64,000 nucleotides of DNA from Octopus sinensis (Eukaryota). Location of the stretch: NCBI RefSeq assembly GCF_006345805.1, contig NC_043019.1, forward strand, positions 4,773,360 through 4,837,359. The letters are read 5' to 3'. The notes beneath the pieces are model-generated. The model searched no databases. It saw nothing but the letters and a program-made list of their open reading frames with translations, and was not told where the DNA came from. Made by a program: the position numbers and the translations under genes. Below are positions 22,816 to 35,751 of this stretch, piece after piece; the stretch's first letter is position 1, and every line of letters starts with the position of its first letter.

Positions 22816-23365
22816 CAGTTTCTTCATATTCCTCTTCTCCACCCTCACTTTCTTTACTTCCTCTCTTCTTATTCTTCTTCATCTTGTATTTCTCCTCCAT
22901 TTTGTCTTCGTTTCTTTCAAAATCCTCCTGCTTCTTCATCTTCTTCCATTTTTTTTCTCTTCTACTCCTGCATCTTCTCTTTCCGCCTTCCTTCCTTTTC
23001 TTCCTCTTCAACGTTTTTCGCTACACATAATGAAATAAAAACTGATAACAGATTCATCGTACGAGAGTGAGCAATGTCAGCGGTGTCAAACGACCAACTT
23101 AAGTTACCAACAGGCAGACTTACTAAATCAAATATTCACAGCAATTAAGGCTTTCTTTACAATTTCCTGACGCCCATCCTTTTCATCTTGTTTTTTCAAA
23201 ATCATTTATCTATAATTGCTTTCTTTCTGCTATAACCATACTAATAACTATAAATCACATCGCAAATTAATCTTCAATGAAACGGCGTTCGTATTGTTTA
23301 TCTGTACTTATTTAATTATCAATGCACATTTCCATACTTATTTGTCAATATACACATACATATAA

Positions 23366-24130
23366 GGCGACGAGCTGACAGAAACGTTAGCACGCCGGGA
23401 GAAATGCTTAGCGGTATTTCGTCTGCCGCTACGTTCTGAGTTCAAATTCCGCCGAAGTCGACTTTGCCTTTCATCCTTTCGGGGTCGATTAAATAAGTAC
23501 CAGTTACGCACTGGAGTCAATATATTCGACTTAATCCGTTTGTCTGTCCTTGTTTGTCCTCTCTGTGTTCAGCCCCTTGTGGGCAGTAAAGAAATAGGTA
23601 TTTTGTCCGTCCTTGAGTTCTGATTTCAAATTCCGCCGATGTCGACTTTGCCTTTCATTCTTTCGGAGTCGATAAATTAAGTACCAGTTACGCACTGGGG
23701 TCGATATAATTGACTTAATCCGTTCGTCTGTCCTTGTTTGTCCTCTCTGTGTTTAGTCCCTTGCGGGTAGTAAAGAAATAGGTATTTTGTCCGTCCTTGA
23801 GTTCTGATTTCAAATTCCGCCGAGGTCGACTTTGCCTTTCATTCTTTCGGAGTCGATAAATTAAGTACCAGTTACATACTGGGGTCGATATAATCGACTT
23901 AATCCGTTCGTCTGTCCTTGTTTGTCCTCTCTGTGTTTAGCCCCTTGTGGGTAGTAAAGAAATAGGTATTTCGTCCGTCCTTGAGTTCTGATTTCAAATG
24001 CCACCGAGGTCGACTTTGCCTTTCATTCTTTCGAGGTCGTCAAAATAAGTACCAGTTGAATGCTAGAGTTGATGTGATCGACTTATCCCCCCCCCCACGA
24101 AATTGCTGGCCTTGTGCCAAAATTTGAAAC
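23366..24130 (+). mobile_element. SINE-B 4-mer; the last unit carries the alternative tail 2
   Basis: Junctions at 23597, 23781 and 23965; ends GAAATTGCTGGCCTTGTGCCAAAATTTGAAACC. Confidence 0.9.
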
Positions 24131-24194
24131 CTATATATAAATATGTGTGTGTGTGTGTGTTTATTTATATGGTTATTTATATGGTTATTTATAG

Positions 24195-24378
24195 TGGAGG
24201 CACATGGCTTAGTGATTTGGGTGTGGGACTCATGATCATAAGATTATTGTTCCGATTCCTAGACCAGGCGATGCGTTGTGTTTTTGAGCAAAGCACTTCA
24301 TTTCATTTCACGTTGCTCCAGTCCACTCAGCTAGTAAAAATGAGTACTCCCGCGATGGACCAGCATCCCGTCCGGTAA
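24195..24378 (+). mobile_element. Diverged SINE-E/C-like copy
   Basis: tRNA-like head, TTGAGCAAAGCAC segment, GCGATGGACCAGCATCCCGTCC tail. Confidence 0.6.
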
Positions 24379-24522
24379 GGAATATATACTGAAAAGTTCC
24401 TGGCTTTGGGTGAAAGAAAATACAGGAGAATCAGTTAATTATGATTTTATTTAAGATATTCCCCTCTCAGATTCACACACTTATTGCAGCAGTCCTTCAG
24501 TTTTTCTAAGCCCTATAAAAGA

Positions 24523-24685
24523 TCATCATCATCATTGTTCGGCCGTGGTTGGATGACGCTTCCACGAGAGATTTTGAGCTCTCATAAGGAGGCGAGTGTA
24601 GGTTCCATCCAACCGCCTCTCAAGCTTCTTTGATAACGTCCAGGTTTCTGAGCCATATAGTAGAATTTTGCTGTGCCTACTGGCA
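24523..24685 (-). mobile_element. RTE/RTE-X LINE fragment, internally deleted, with (TGA)n tail
   Basis: YGSETWTLSKKLERRLDGTYTRLLMRAQNLSWKRHPT joined directly to the terminal GAACAATGATGATGA. Confidence 0.7.
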
Positions 24686-24819
24686 TCGGATTTACTGATA
24701 ATTCGGCTTTAAACGATTACCTGTATCATTTCTTAATCTACTCTTCTTCATTCGTTATCGTTCTCTGCTCCCGAAATTGCTGGCCTTGTGCCAAAAGTTG
24801 AAACCTATATTTTGTGCCT

Positions 24820-25135
24820 CATCATCATTGTTCGACCGTGGTCGAGACAATGGAATTTACCATGCTACGCCAGACTTCACGGTCCATCATGGCATTACGG
24901 AGGTCCTGTTGCTGGATGCCTGTATCCCTGGAGATTACATCAGGGTAGGAGAGTGTGCGCCCTCTGGTATTGCGAGTAGATGGCTTCCAGAGGAGAAGAG
25001 TAGAAATTACCTCTTTTTCAGCTCTACAACAATGTCCAGCAAACTGGACTCTCCTACCTTTCACAAGAGATGACACAGGTGGTAGTTTCCCATATATTTG
25101 CATTTTGGTTGGATGGCGCCTCCACGAACTCGGAA
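24820..25135 (-). mobile_element. RTE/RTE-X LINE 3' end
   Basis: SWRRHPTKMQIYGKLPPVSSLVKGRRVQFAGHC...DREVWRSMV, stop, then (TGA)n. Confidence 0.75.
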
Positions 25136-25519
25136 GGTTGACCCTCCAGCCAAGCCTTTCGCAATATCCTTAAAGCCAGGAACTTTTCAGTAACCCCTCG
25201 TAAGCCAGATAAACCGGGAAACCGGTCCTGCGCTCTTTACAAAGTAACGTAGACTGACCATAGTTATTTATAATGAATTATGAACACATTGTCGTCGTAA
25301 AAAAGGAGAAGCTGTGCTTCCGTGACACACACAAAAGCAACTGGCATGTTTATGCTCGAAACTACCGGAACGTATTATGAAAAATATACAAATCATCGTT
25401 ATTGACATATCAATTTATTTTTATTTATTCATTTCCTCTGTTTCCTACGAATAAATATTCCGAGTGGTGTATCTGTTTTGAGAGAAATTCATAAACTAAT
25501 TCGTTCGCCTACTTATATG

Positions 25520-25577
25520 TATGTGTGTGTACGTGTTTATATATATGTATACATATATTCACACATATTCCCCTATG

Positions 25578-25655
<78 letters not shown>

Positions 25656-25688
25656 ATATATATATATGTGTGTGTGTGTGTGTATATA

Positions 25689-25737
<49 letters not shown>

Positions 25738-25791
25738 GTATATATATTAAATATTCATACGTACATAGATTCACATACATACATACATACA

Positions 25792-25825
<34 letters not shown>

Positions 25826-25830
25826 CATGC
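25520..25830. repeat. (TA)n/(TG)n/(TACA)n microsatellite
   Basis: Direct reading. Confidence 0.95.
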
Positions 25831-25984
25831 ATACATACACACAAATTTTGCCGGAATCTAGGATTGCTGGATAAGCTGCAAATAAAATAAATTCTGTACG
25901 TTCAATAAACATTTAGAGCCGATGCGCAAATAAACACAGTGCTCTCCATTCTCCTCTCACTCTCTCTCTCTCCCTCTCTCTCTC

Positions 25985-26015
<31 letters not shown>

Positions 26016-26189
26016 CTGTCTGTCTGTCTCTCAAGTGTGGTGCCAACTAAGCCTTCACAGGCGGGAGAAGCAACAGTCACAATCCCTCGGTTGTCAGCTG
26101 GTGTTTTTGAATGGAACCTACTCGGTGGAAGGTCTCGCCACCCGACGCTTAAGCTGAAGTACGTACCCCAAACAGAAATCATGGGAATA

Positions 26190-27720
26190 TTGTCAAGAGG
26201 TACACACTTGTTTTATATACCTCGAGAAATCATATGTCCGAGTCCCGTGGGACAAACTGTACAGGATTCTGCCGGAATTTGGGACTGCTGGACAACTTCT
26301 GGTTGCCATGAAGTTCCTACAAGAATGTTCAGATGTTTGTGCTTGGATAAATTGTGCTAAGTTTCAACCCTTCAACGGGTGTGTTGAACTGCGGCAGGGG
26401 TGTTTATTGCCACCCCTCCTTTTCATAATCTCTATGAACTGAGTTGACATGCGTAGCCGGTTGTGGAAGAGCAATTTCAATTGTTGAATGTAGGATCAGT
26501 CGGATGTTATTTGCAGACGACATGGTGCTACATGACTCATCAGAAAGCGATCTCCAGCATGCACTGAATGGGTTCACAGCTGAAAGCTACAAGGCAAGGA
26601 TGGGAATTAGTGATGTGAACACTGAAACTTCTCAAGCAAATCTACCCGGTGCACTCTGTATATTTGTAGAATATCTATTTCTTTATTACCCACAAGGGGC
26701 TAAACATAGAGGGGACAAACAAAGACAGACATAGGTACTAAGTCGATTATATCGACTCCAGTGCGTAACTGGTACTTATTTAATCGACCCCGAAAGGATG
26801 AAAGACAAAGTCGACTTCGGCAGAATTTGAACTCAGAACGTAAAGAGCCGAAAAAATACCTATTTTTTTACTACCCACAAGGGGCTAAACACAGAGAGAA
26901 CAAACAATGACAGATAAACAGATTAAGTCGATTATATCGACGCCAGTGTGTAACTGGTACTTATTTAATCGACCTCGAATGGATGAAAGGCAAAGTCGAC
27001 CTCTGCAGAATTTGAACTCAGAACGTAGCGGCAGACGAAATACCTATTCCTTTACTACCCACAAGGGGCTAAACACAGAGAGGACAAACAAGGACAGACA
27101 AACGGATTAAGTCGATTATAACCGGCGTGCTAACGTTTCTGCCAGTTCGCCGCCTTATGTTTGTAGAATATCATTAGACAAATGAAGAAATTTAAGCATC
27201 ACTGGACCATATTCATGAGTGATGGGAAGCAGGAGGCTGAATTGGATGTTAGAATCGCAGGTGCTGGCACAATAATACATAAGCTCCAACATCTGATCCT
27301 CAAGAGACGAGGGGTTGGTAAAAAAAAAAACTTAGCTCACAATCTTCAAATCACTTTTTGTGCCGGTCCTCATCTAGGGGCATGAATGTTGGGTAATGAC
27401 TGAAAGAGTATAATCACAAATACAAGACACCGAAATGGGGTTCCCCCCGAAGAGTCTCTGGAATAACAATACACAACAAGGTCCGTAGTTTGGAGATCAG
27501 CGAGTCTCTCCAGTTAGAACCGCTACTTCTCCGCATTGAGGGGTCACATCTCCGGTACCACGGACATGGGATTAAAATGTTGCCGGAAAGAATCGCAAGA
27601 CAGGTTCTTGAAGCCGAACCAACCGGCAGGAAACATAAGGGTCGACCAGGAATGAGATTGTTGGATGATATGAATAGTTTCATTGGTCACGCCGCTTGGG
27701 AATCCTGCAGGGAAGTGTAT
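26190..27720 (+). mobile_element. Decayed RTE-clade reverse transcriptase, split by a SINE-B array
   Basis: CFIYLEKSYVRVP, LRQGCLLPPLLF and RMLFADDMVL, then after 27173 LEPLLLRIEGSHLRYHGH...KGRPGMRLLDD; stops and frameshifts. Confidence 0.8.
26676..27154 (-). mobile_element. SINE-B 3-mer with 17-bp TSD
   Basis: TATATTTGTAGAATATC (26659-26675) and TATGTTTGTAGAATATC (27156-27172); junctions at about 26860 and 27044. Confidence 0.9.
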
Positions 27721-27819
27721 TGATGGTTGTTTTTTATAGGACCTTAAGGAGGAGGTACCTGAAGACTCTACCCCTATGACCCTCCCAGTAATAGAGGGAG
27801 GAGGAGATGCGTGGCTGGC

Positions 27820-28315
27820 TGGCTGGTTGGGTGGATGAATGGATGGATAGATGGGCGGACGGATCGATGGATGCATGGACGGACGGACGGAGGCACGGAT
27901 GGACGGATGGACGGATGGATTGTTGGATGCATGGACGGACGGACGGACGAATTGATGGATGGATGGATGGATGGATGGATGGATGGACGGAATGATGGAT
28001 GGATTAATGGATGGATGGATGGATGGATGGTTGGATGGATGGATGGATGGATGGATAGATGGATGGATAGATTAATGGATGGATGGATGGATGGATGGAT
28101 GGATGGATGGATGGATGGATGGATGGATGGATGGACAGACGGACGAATGGATGGACGGACGGATGGACAGACGGACGGATGGACAGACGGACGGACGGAT
28201 GGACAGACGGACGGATGGACGGAAGGATGGATGGAACAATGGATGGATGGATGGATGGATGGATGGACAGACGGACGAATTGAAGAATGGATGGATGGAT
28301 GGATGGACGGACGGA
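27820..28315. repeat. (ATGG)n/(ACGG)n microsatellite
   Basis: Direct reading; explains the MDGW/PSIH ORFs. Confidence 0.95.
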
Positions 28316-28865
28316 CAAAAATTTTGTCAAAGTGTAATTTGATTTGATATGAACGCCGACTTGTGTATTTATTATGGATCAAGAGTTTTTGAAAGGTAAA
28401 ATGATTTTTGAAAAGTAAAAATAAATTTGATGAAGGTGGCTTAATCCTACTTCCTTTAGTTGTTACAGTAACAAGAAACGATTAAGTTGGGATTACAAAA
28501 ATAAACATAAAGGAAAAATAATAAAAAATAACTTTATAACACTTATAAAGGATGCATACAAAGATATGTGTGTATGTGTTGAAATGATAAAAGCAATATA
28601 TAAATATGTACATCGATATTAGAATATATTAATATAAAATAAAAATTCATAACTTATTTGAAAGATTACTGGTGACAAGAAAAAAGAAGACTTTATCTAA
28701 AAGGTTAGTTTCAAAACAAATATATCACAGACAAAATATTTCTCACGCGCCCAAAAAAACGTATATTTGATCGTCAAAATATATTCAGAAATGAATTCCA
28801 AAGCAAAGACCTGAAATATCTTTGATAAACGAAAGAACTACTTGCGTTACTGGCAACGTTGACCA

Positions 28866-28938
<73 letters not shown>

Positions 28939-28965
28939 CATGTATGTATGTATGTGTGTGTGTGT

Positions 28966-29135
28966 TTGTTTCCCGTAAACGCTTGACAACCGGTGTTGGT
29001 GTGTTTACGTCCCCGTAACTTAGCAGTTCTGGAAGGGGAACTAATAGTATAAGTTCTGGAGTCGATTTGTTGCCCCAAAGTCTTCAAGACGGTGCCCCAG
29101 TGCGGCCGTGTCCAATGAATGAAACAAGTAAAGGA
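28966..29135 (+). mobile_element. Diverged SINE-A 3' half
   Basis: GCTTGACAACCGGTGTTGGTGTGTTTACGTCCCCG matches A. Confidence 0.7.
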
Positions 29136-29239
29136 TAACAATACTGATAGAAAGATACATACATAACACGCTCGCACACGCATGAAATTAGAGGCGAACA
29201 TGGAATATGAATAAATGACGACCGCAGCATCGTTGATCA

Positions 29240-29383
29240 CATGATGATGACGGGCGATAGTGACAACAACGATGACGACAACGATGGCCAATGACGGTGG
29301 TGGTGGTGGTGGTAGTGGTTGCGGCGGCGTTGGTGGTGTGGCGGCGGCGGCGGCGGTGTTGGCGGCGGCGGCGGCGGCGGTGT

Positions 29384-29426
<43 letters not shown>

Positions 29427-29850
29427 GGTGGCGGTGGTGGCGGTGGTGGTGGTGATATGATGTTGATGATGATCATGATAGTGGTGGTGGTGGTGGTGGT
29501 GGCGGTAGTGGTTGTGATGGTGGTGATGGTATGATGATGATAATGGTGGTGGTGGTGGTGGCGGCGAGGGTGGTGGTGGTGGTGGTGGTGGTGGTGGTGG
29601 CGGCGGCGACGGTGGTGGTGTCGATGGTGGTGGTGGTGGTGGTGGTGGTGGTGGCGGCGGTAGTGGTTGTGCTGGTGGTTGTGATGGTGGTGATGGTATG
29701 ATGTTGATGATGATGATAATGGTAGTGGTAATGGTGATGGTGGTGGTGGTGGTGGTGGTGGTAGTAGTGGTGGTGGAGGTGATGGTATGATGTTGATGAT
29801 GATATGGTGATGGTGCTGGTGCTGGTGATGGTGATGGTGACGATTACTAT
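29240..29850. repeat. GC-rich (GGT/GGC/GAT)n microsatellite
   Basis: Direct reading. Confidence 0.95.
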
Positions 29851-30359
29851 GAAAGAAGAGAACAAACACCATTGCAAAAAAAAAAAAGCAAGAATCTAAT
29901 GAACGATATGCCACGTTTGTATCTGGTTTATTTCTAGCAGGGACCAAAACCGTTGCAGTTTAAGTCGGATAATCACAAGGACGACGGTTAATTGTGACTT
30001 TAATGTTCTTCTCGGAGGATTTATTGAAATAAGCGAATGAAGCTGCGTTTAATGCGAGAATCAGAAGTGACTTAAAGTGCCTCTTTAAGCTATCAATAAC
30101 CAAAATAGGATTTTCTTAACCTCTCTGGTTGATGAAGATGGTCATAAAATACCAACTCCATTGAGTTATCTCGTAAAATCTTGACTCCATTAAGTCATAT
30201 GAAACTCCTGGTCATGAAACTGTCGGTGTGACTCATTTAAAGGAGTGTTTCTTTACCCCTTTTTGTCTATGGAGCCCTTTGATTCCTATTTTGCTCAGAT
30301 GGTCCCTCATACCTATTCTATGTTTTAAAAAAATCCCATTATATTTCTATAATTAGATA

Positions 30360-30762
30360 TTACTCTTTTACTTGTTTCAGTCATGTGACTGCGGCCATGC
30401 TGGAGCACCGCACCGCCTTTAGTCGAGCAAATCGACACTAGGACTTATTCTTTTTGTAAGCCCAGTACTTATTCTATCGGTCTCTTTTGCCGAACCGCTA
30501 AGTTACGGGGACGTAAACACACCAGCATCGGTTGTCAAGCGATGTTGCGGGGGCAAACACACACACACACACATACATATACATATATATAAATATATAC
30601 GATGGGCTTCTTTCAGTTTCCATCTACCAAATCCACTCATAAGGCTTTGGTCGGCCTGATGCTATAGCAGAAGGCACTTGCCCAATGTGCCACACAGTGG
30701 GACTGAACCCGGAACCATGTGGTTGGTAAGCAAGCTACTTACCACAGAGCCACTCCTACGCC
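30360..30762 (-). mobile_element. SINE-A, full length
   Basis: Consensus match. Confidence 0.9.
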
Positions 30763-31259
30763 TATTATTAAGAATTCTATTAAAAAATTGTTAAAATATT
30801 TTGTATGTTGTAGAAGTATAAGCTATTTATTGCACATAAATTTTAACAACAAAATCTTATAAGAACCCATCCACGCCCACCCCCACGGCCATAAGGATCC
30901 TCATATGGGCCCAGCTCAAGAACCACTGGTCTAGAAGGTGACACATACATATACATATATATACATATATACGACGGGCTTCTTTCAGTTTCCATCTACC
31001 AAATCCACTCACAAGGCTTTGGTCGGCCCGATGCTATAGTAGAAGACGCCCAAAGTGCCACACAGTGGGACTGAACCCGGAACCATGTGGTTGGTAAACA
31101 AGCTACTTACCACGAGCTACTCCTACGTCTATTATTAAGAATTCTATTTAAAAATTGTTAAAATATTTTTAACATAAATTTTAACAACAAAATCTTATAA
31201 AAACCCATCCACGCCCACCCCCACGGCCATAAGGATCCTCATATGGTCTAGAAGGTGAT
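30572..31259. repeat. Local tandem duplication of SINE-A 5' half plus flank
   Basis: 30572-30940 is repeated at 30941-31259; the second copy has two short deletions. Confidence 0.85.
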
Positions 31260-31650
31260 TTTGGTCCAGAACGATGGAGATTGTGTTTGCATTAGTGCAA
31301 ATTGCAATTAGAGTCTTAATCTTTCCTAAAGAGCGTTTGAATTCAGCCTTTCAAATCAATGAAACTCTCTTCAATAAAAAATAATAACTTAAAGACTTTT
31401 TTCGCTTTAATCCTGAGGAATGACGGCGTCCATGACACTTTTTAGAGAGAAGAGAAGAAAGAAGGAATAATCTTACTGGAGACCTGTTTTGATTGCTTGT
31501 AATAAAGGGGATTCTTCTACTAATGGCACACAAGGACAGCGCGGTTGAGTTAAATTGGGCAACGGAAAAAGTCAACCACTCAAGTATGCCATGCTCGAAT
31601 TGAACACAGAATGCAAAGAATGAACCGAAACAAATGCCGCAAGACATCCT

Positions 31651-31853
31651 ATTTTACTTGTTCCAGTCATTTGACTGTGGCTATGCTGGAGCACCGCCTT
31701 TAGTCGAGCAAATCGACCCCAGAACTTATTCCTCGTAAGCCTAGTACTTATTCTATCGGTCTCTTTCACCGAACCGCTAAGTTACGGGGACGTAAACACA
31801 CCAACATCAGTTGTCAAGCGATGTTGGGGGGGGGGACAAATACAGACACACAA

Positions 31854-31896
<43 letters not shown>

Positions 31897-32058
31897 CGAC
31901 AGGCTTCTTTCAGTTTCCGTCTACCAAATCCACTCACAAGGCTTTGGTCGGCCCGAGGCTATAGTAGAAGACACTTGCCCAAAGTGCCATGCAATGGGAC
32001 TGAACCCGGAACCATGTGGTTGGTAAGCAAGCTACTTACCACACAGCCACTCCTGCCC
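31651..32058 (-). mobile_element. SINE-A
   Basis: Consensus match. Confidence 0.9.
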
Positions 32059-32365
32059 CTATACTTCTAAGTATATATACTTCTATCCTGTCCAACCTTC
32101 TAACAATTCTTCTAATCCACTACCTTAGACTGGTACTTAGTTTTATCAACAACCCAGAACGATGAAAAGCAAAATTGATTTCAGCTGGATTTGAAACCAG
32201 AGCGCAAGTAGAGAGAGCAAATGCCGCAAAACATTTTATACGACGCTCTAACACCTCTTCGAGAGATGCATTGTATATCCCTGTGATACCCATTAACATG
32301 AAGAGCACGTTATTGCTGCTGTTGTTGTCTTCTTCTTCCAATCAGGACTCACGCCATTAGCCACA

Positions 32366-32789
32366 AAGAATAATCTCTAATTCGAGCCTACTCTAAGCTA
32401 CTAAGAGTGCGTGTGGTAACTTGAAGATCCACCCACCACACGCCATAGACTGGCGGTGGCTCGGGCGCGAAAACTACGTTGTTATCCTCATTCCGTAAAC
32501 GATGGTTTTTAACGGGTGGAGAGCTGAACCATCCTAGGGTACAGAGGATTCGCAATCTAAACTAGGGTCTGAAAGTTTACCACACCGTAGTGACAGAAGT
32601 AGGAAGAAAGGGTGAGAGAAAGTTGTGGTGAAAGAGTACAGCGGGGTTCACCACCCAACCCCACCGGAGCCTCGTGGAGCTTCGGTGTTTTTGCTCAATA
32701 AACACTCACAATGCCCGATCTGGGAATCGAAACCGCGTTCTTACGACCGCGAGTCCGCTGCCCTAACCACTGGACCATTGCGCCTCCAC
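32366..32789 (-). mobile_element. SINE-C with long tail type 6
   Basis: C head and body at 32590-32789; the last 32 bp of the putative tail recur at 16616-16647. Confidence 0.7.
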
Positions 32790-32847
32790 TTGCTGCTTAT
32801 GTTGCTGTTGTTGTCGTTGTTGTTGTTGTCGTTGTTGTTGTTGTCGT

Positions 32848-32880
<33 letters not shown>

Positions 32881-33339
32881 CTAGCAATATGTCGGTTTGA
32901 GCATTGTCTGATGTATCCATCTCCACCCTAAATATTTCGGAGAACCTATAGCAGGAAGGTCACACCATTGATTTTTCAGTTAATTTTAGTATTTTTGAAA
33001 AATAGATACGTTTTCGATGAATGGATGAAGTGGAGTATTTTATCATAAGTCTGACTTAATCAGAAAAAATTTTTACTGTAATAAACCAGCAAATCAATGA
33101 TACTTTTTTTTTTTCATAAGTTCCTGATAATTTGAAACATTTAAAAGGAAGCAATCTATCAGGATTAAATGTTGTTTCATGATCTTTAATGTAATATCCA
33201 AGAAAATTAATATCTGAAATGCAAAAACAATAAGTCGGTTCTATATTTAAGAGATGAGGAATTATGTACATTATTTACAATTGACAGATATTTGTCCTCA
33301 TCTTGTTTGGTGTTAACACAACGTTTCGGCTTATATACC

Positions 33340-34093
33340 TATTTCTTTATTACCCACAAGGGGCTAAACACAGAGGGGACAAACAAGGACAGACAAAGGG
33401 ATTAAGTCGATTACATCTACCCTAGTGCGTAACTGGTACTTATTTAATCGACCCCGAAAGGATGAAAAGCAAAGTCGACCTCGGCGGAATTTGAACTCGG
33501 CAGACGAAATACCTATTTCTTTACTACCAACGAGGGGCTAAACACAGAGAGGACAAACAAGGACAGACGAACGGATTAAGTTGATTATATCGACCCCAGT
33601 GCGTAACTGGTGCTTATTTAATCGATCCGAAAGGATGAAAAGCAAAGTCGACCTCGGCGGAATTTGAACTCGGCAGACGAAATGCCTATTTCTTTACTAC
33701 CCACGAGGGGCTAAACACAGAGAGGACAAACAAGGACAGACGAACGGATTATTAAGTCGATTATATCGACCTCATAGCGTAACTGGTACTTATTTATCGA
33801 CCCCGAAGTATGAAAAGCAAAGTCGACCTCGGCGGAATTGAACTCGGCAGACGAAATGCCTATTTCTTTACTACCCACGAGGGGCTAAACACAGAGAGGA
33901 CAAACAAGGACAGACGAACGGATTAAGTCGATTATATCGACCTCATAGCGTAACTGGTACTTAATTTATCGACCCCGAAAGTATGAAAAGCAAAGTCGAC
34001 CTCGGCGGAATTTGAACTCAGAACGTAACAGCAGACGAAATACCGCATGGCATTTTCGCCCGGCGTGCTAACGATTCTGCCAGCTCGCCGCCT
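33340..34093 (-). mobile_element. SINE-B 4-mer
   Basis: Junctions at about 33513, 33686 and 33860; three units share a 10-bp deletion absent from the head unit. Confidence 0.9.
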
Positions 34094-34690
34094 TGGCTGG
34101 GAAGCAAATTGCTTACCACACAGCCATATCTGCGACAGTATAGATTAACTCGTTAATATCAGACAGCAGGACAGCAGCCAGAAGGGAATGAATGCTAATG
34201 GTGGTTAAAAAATGAATGATAAGACAGCGAATGTTATTTTTTGGTGGAACGGTGGGGTAGGTGGCCACAACGTAAGTTTTCCACTGTGAATTGCTCTGCA
34301 GAGGAAAAAAGAAGATGCATGACTTTTTTTTTTTGCATAATGCAATTATCTTCCCACAGCTGGATTCACTTATTCTTTCTTTAATCAAATAGTTCGTCTC
34401 GTGATTTTATGAATACGCAACGCTCTACAGAATACCTTTGAGTAGTTGCAGTAAAAGGATTTACGTTTGGCGTTACCTTCAATTAGTGGCTGCTGTTACA
34501 GGTAGAAAGCTAAGGCGTGCAAACATGACGAATCGTTGTCACTAAATTAAATGATTAATCGATGCATTGGTATTTACGCCAATTCAATTTAGACTAGCAT
34601 GGTATTTACTGAAAATCATGGCTGGCGTCCGAACAGAAACGATTTCTAAACTAAAATCACACGCTATCATTATCCGTCACATTAAGACAG

Positions 34691-34980
34691 CGAGCTGGCA
34701 GAAGCGTTAGCACGCCGGGCGAAATGCGTAGCCGTATTTCGTCTGCTGTTACGTTCTGAGTTCAAATTCAACCGAGGTCGACTTTGCCTTTCATCCTTTC
34801 GGGGTTGATTAAATAAGTACTAGTTACACACTGGGGTCGATGTAATCGACTTAATCCGTTTGTCTGTCCTTGTTTGTCCTCTCCGTGTTTAGCCCCTTGT
34901 GGGTAGTAAAGAAATAGTTATTTCGTCTGCCGTTACGTTCTGAGTTCAAATTCCGCCGAGGTCGACTTTGCCTTTCATTC
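34691..34980 (+). mobile_element. SINE-B dimer, second unit truncated
   Basis: Head at 34691; junction at about 34917. Confidence 0.85.
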
Positions 34981-35321
34981 AGCAGGGTGAAATATAGAGT
35001 CTTGCTCAAGGACATAACACACCGCTGGAAATCCAACTCACGACCGTACGATCCAGAATCGATTACCCTAACCACTAAGCCCACGCGCAACAACGACAAG
35101 TTATGTCGGGAAACACTGGAGAACAACAACAAGAACAAGAACAAAAGCAACGTCAACAGACGAAACGATTTTAAAGTGGTTCTTGTTTGTCAGAAGCGGG
35201 AAATCAGTGACAGCCGAGTTTGGTGATTACCGCCAGGGTCTTGTGCTTAATTATTATCAATTTCCCTTTGTGACGTTGTGCTGCATGCGAAACAGCTTCG
35301 TCGGTAAACAACAGTCAGTGA

Positions 35322-35668
35322 ACATTGCAACATTGCATGAATATTTATTGCTCGAAAAATAATTATACATACATACATACATACATACATACATACATAC
35401 TTACATACATACATACATACACATATATTATATATGCATATATGTATATATGAATAATATATATATATATATATATGTACATATAGATATATATATACAT
35501 ATAGATATATATATGTATGTATATCTTTGTATGGGTGTGTATATGCGTGTGTATGTGTGTGTAGATGTATGTATATTTAGATATATACATATATATACGC
35601 ATATATATATGGGTGTGTGTGTATGTATAAACATATATATATATATATAGGCATGTATATAATTATAT

Positions 35669-35751
<83 letters not shown>

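Larger units (their letters stand above)
24387..25202. mobile_element. mariner-type MITE shell enclosing nested LINE fragments
   Basis: TACTGAAAAGTTCCTGGCTTT at left, AAAGCCAGGAACTTTTCAGTAACCCCTCGTA at right; a similar TIR at 51814-51849. Confidence 0.65.
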
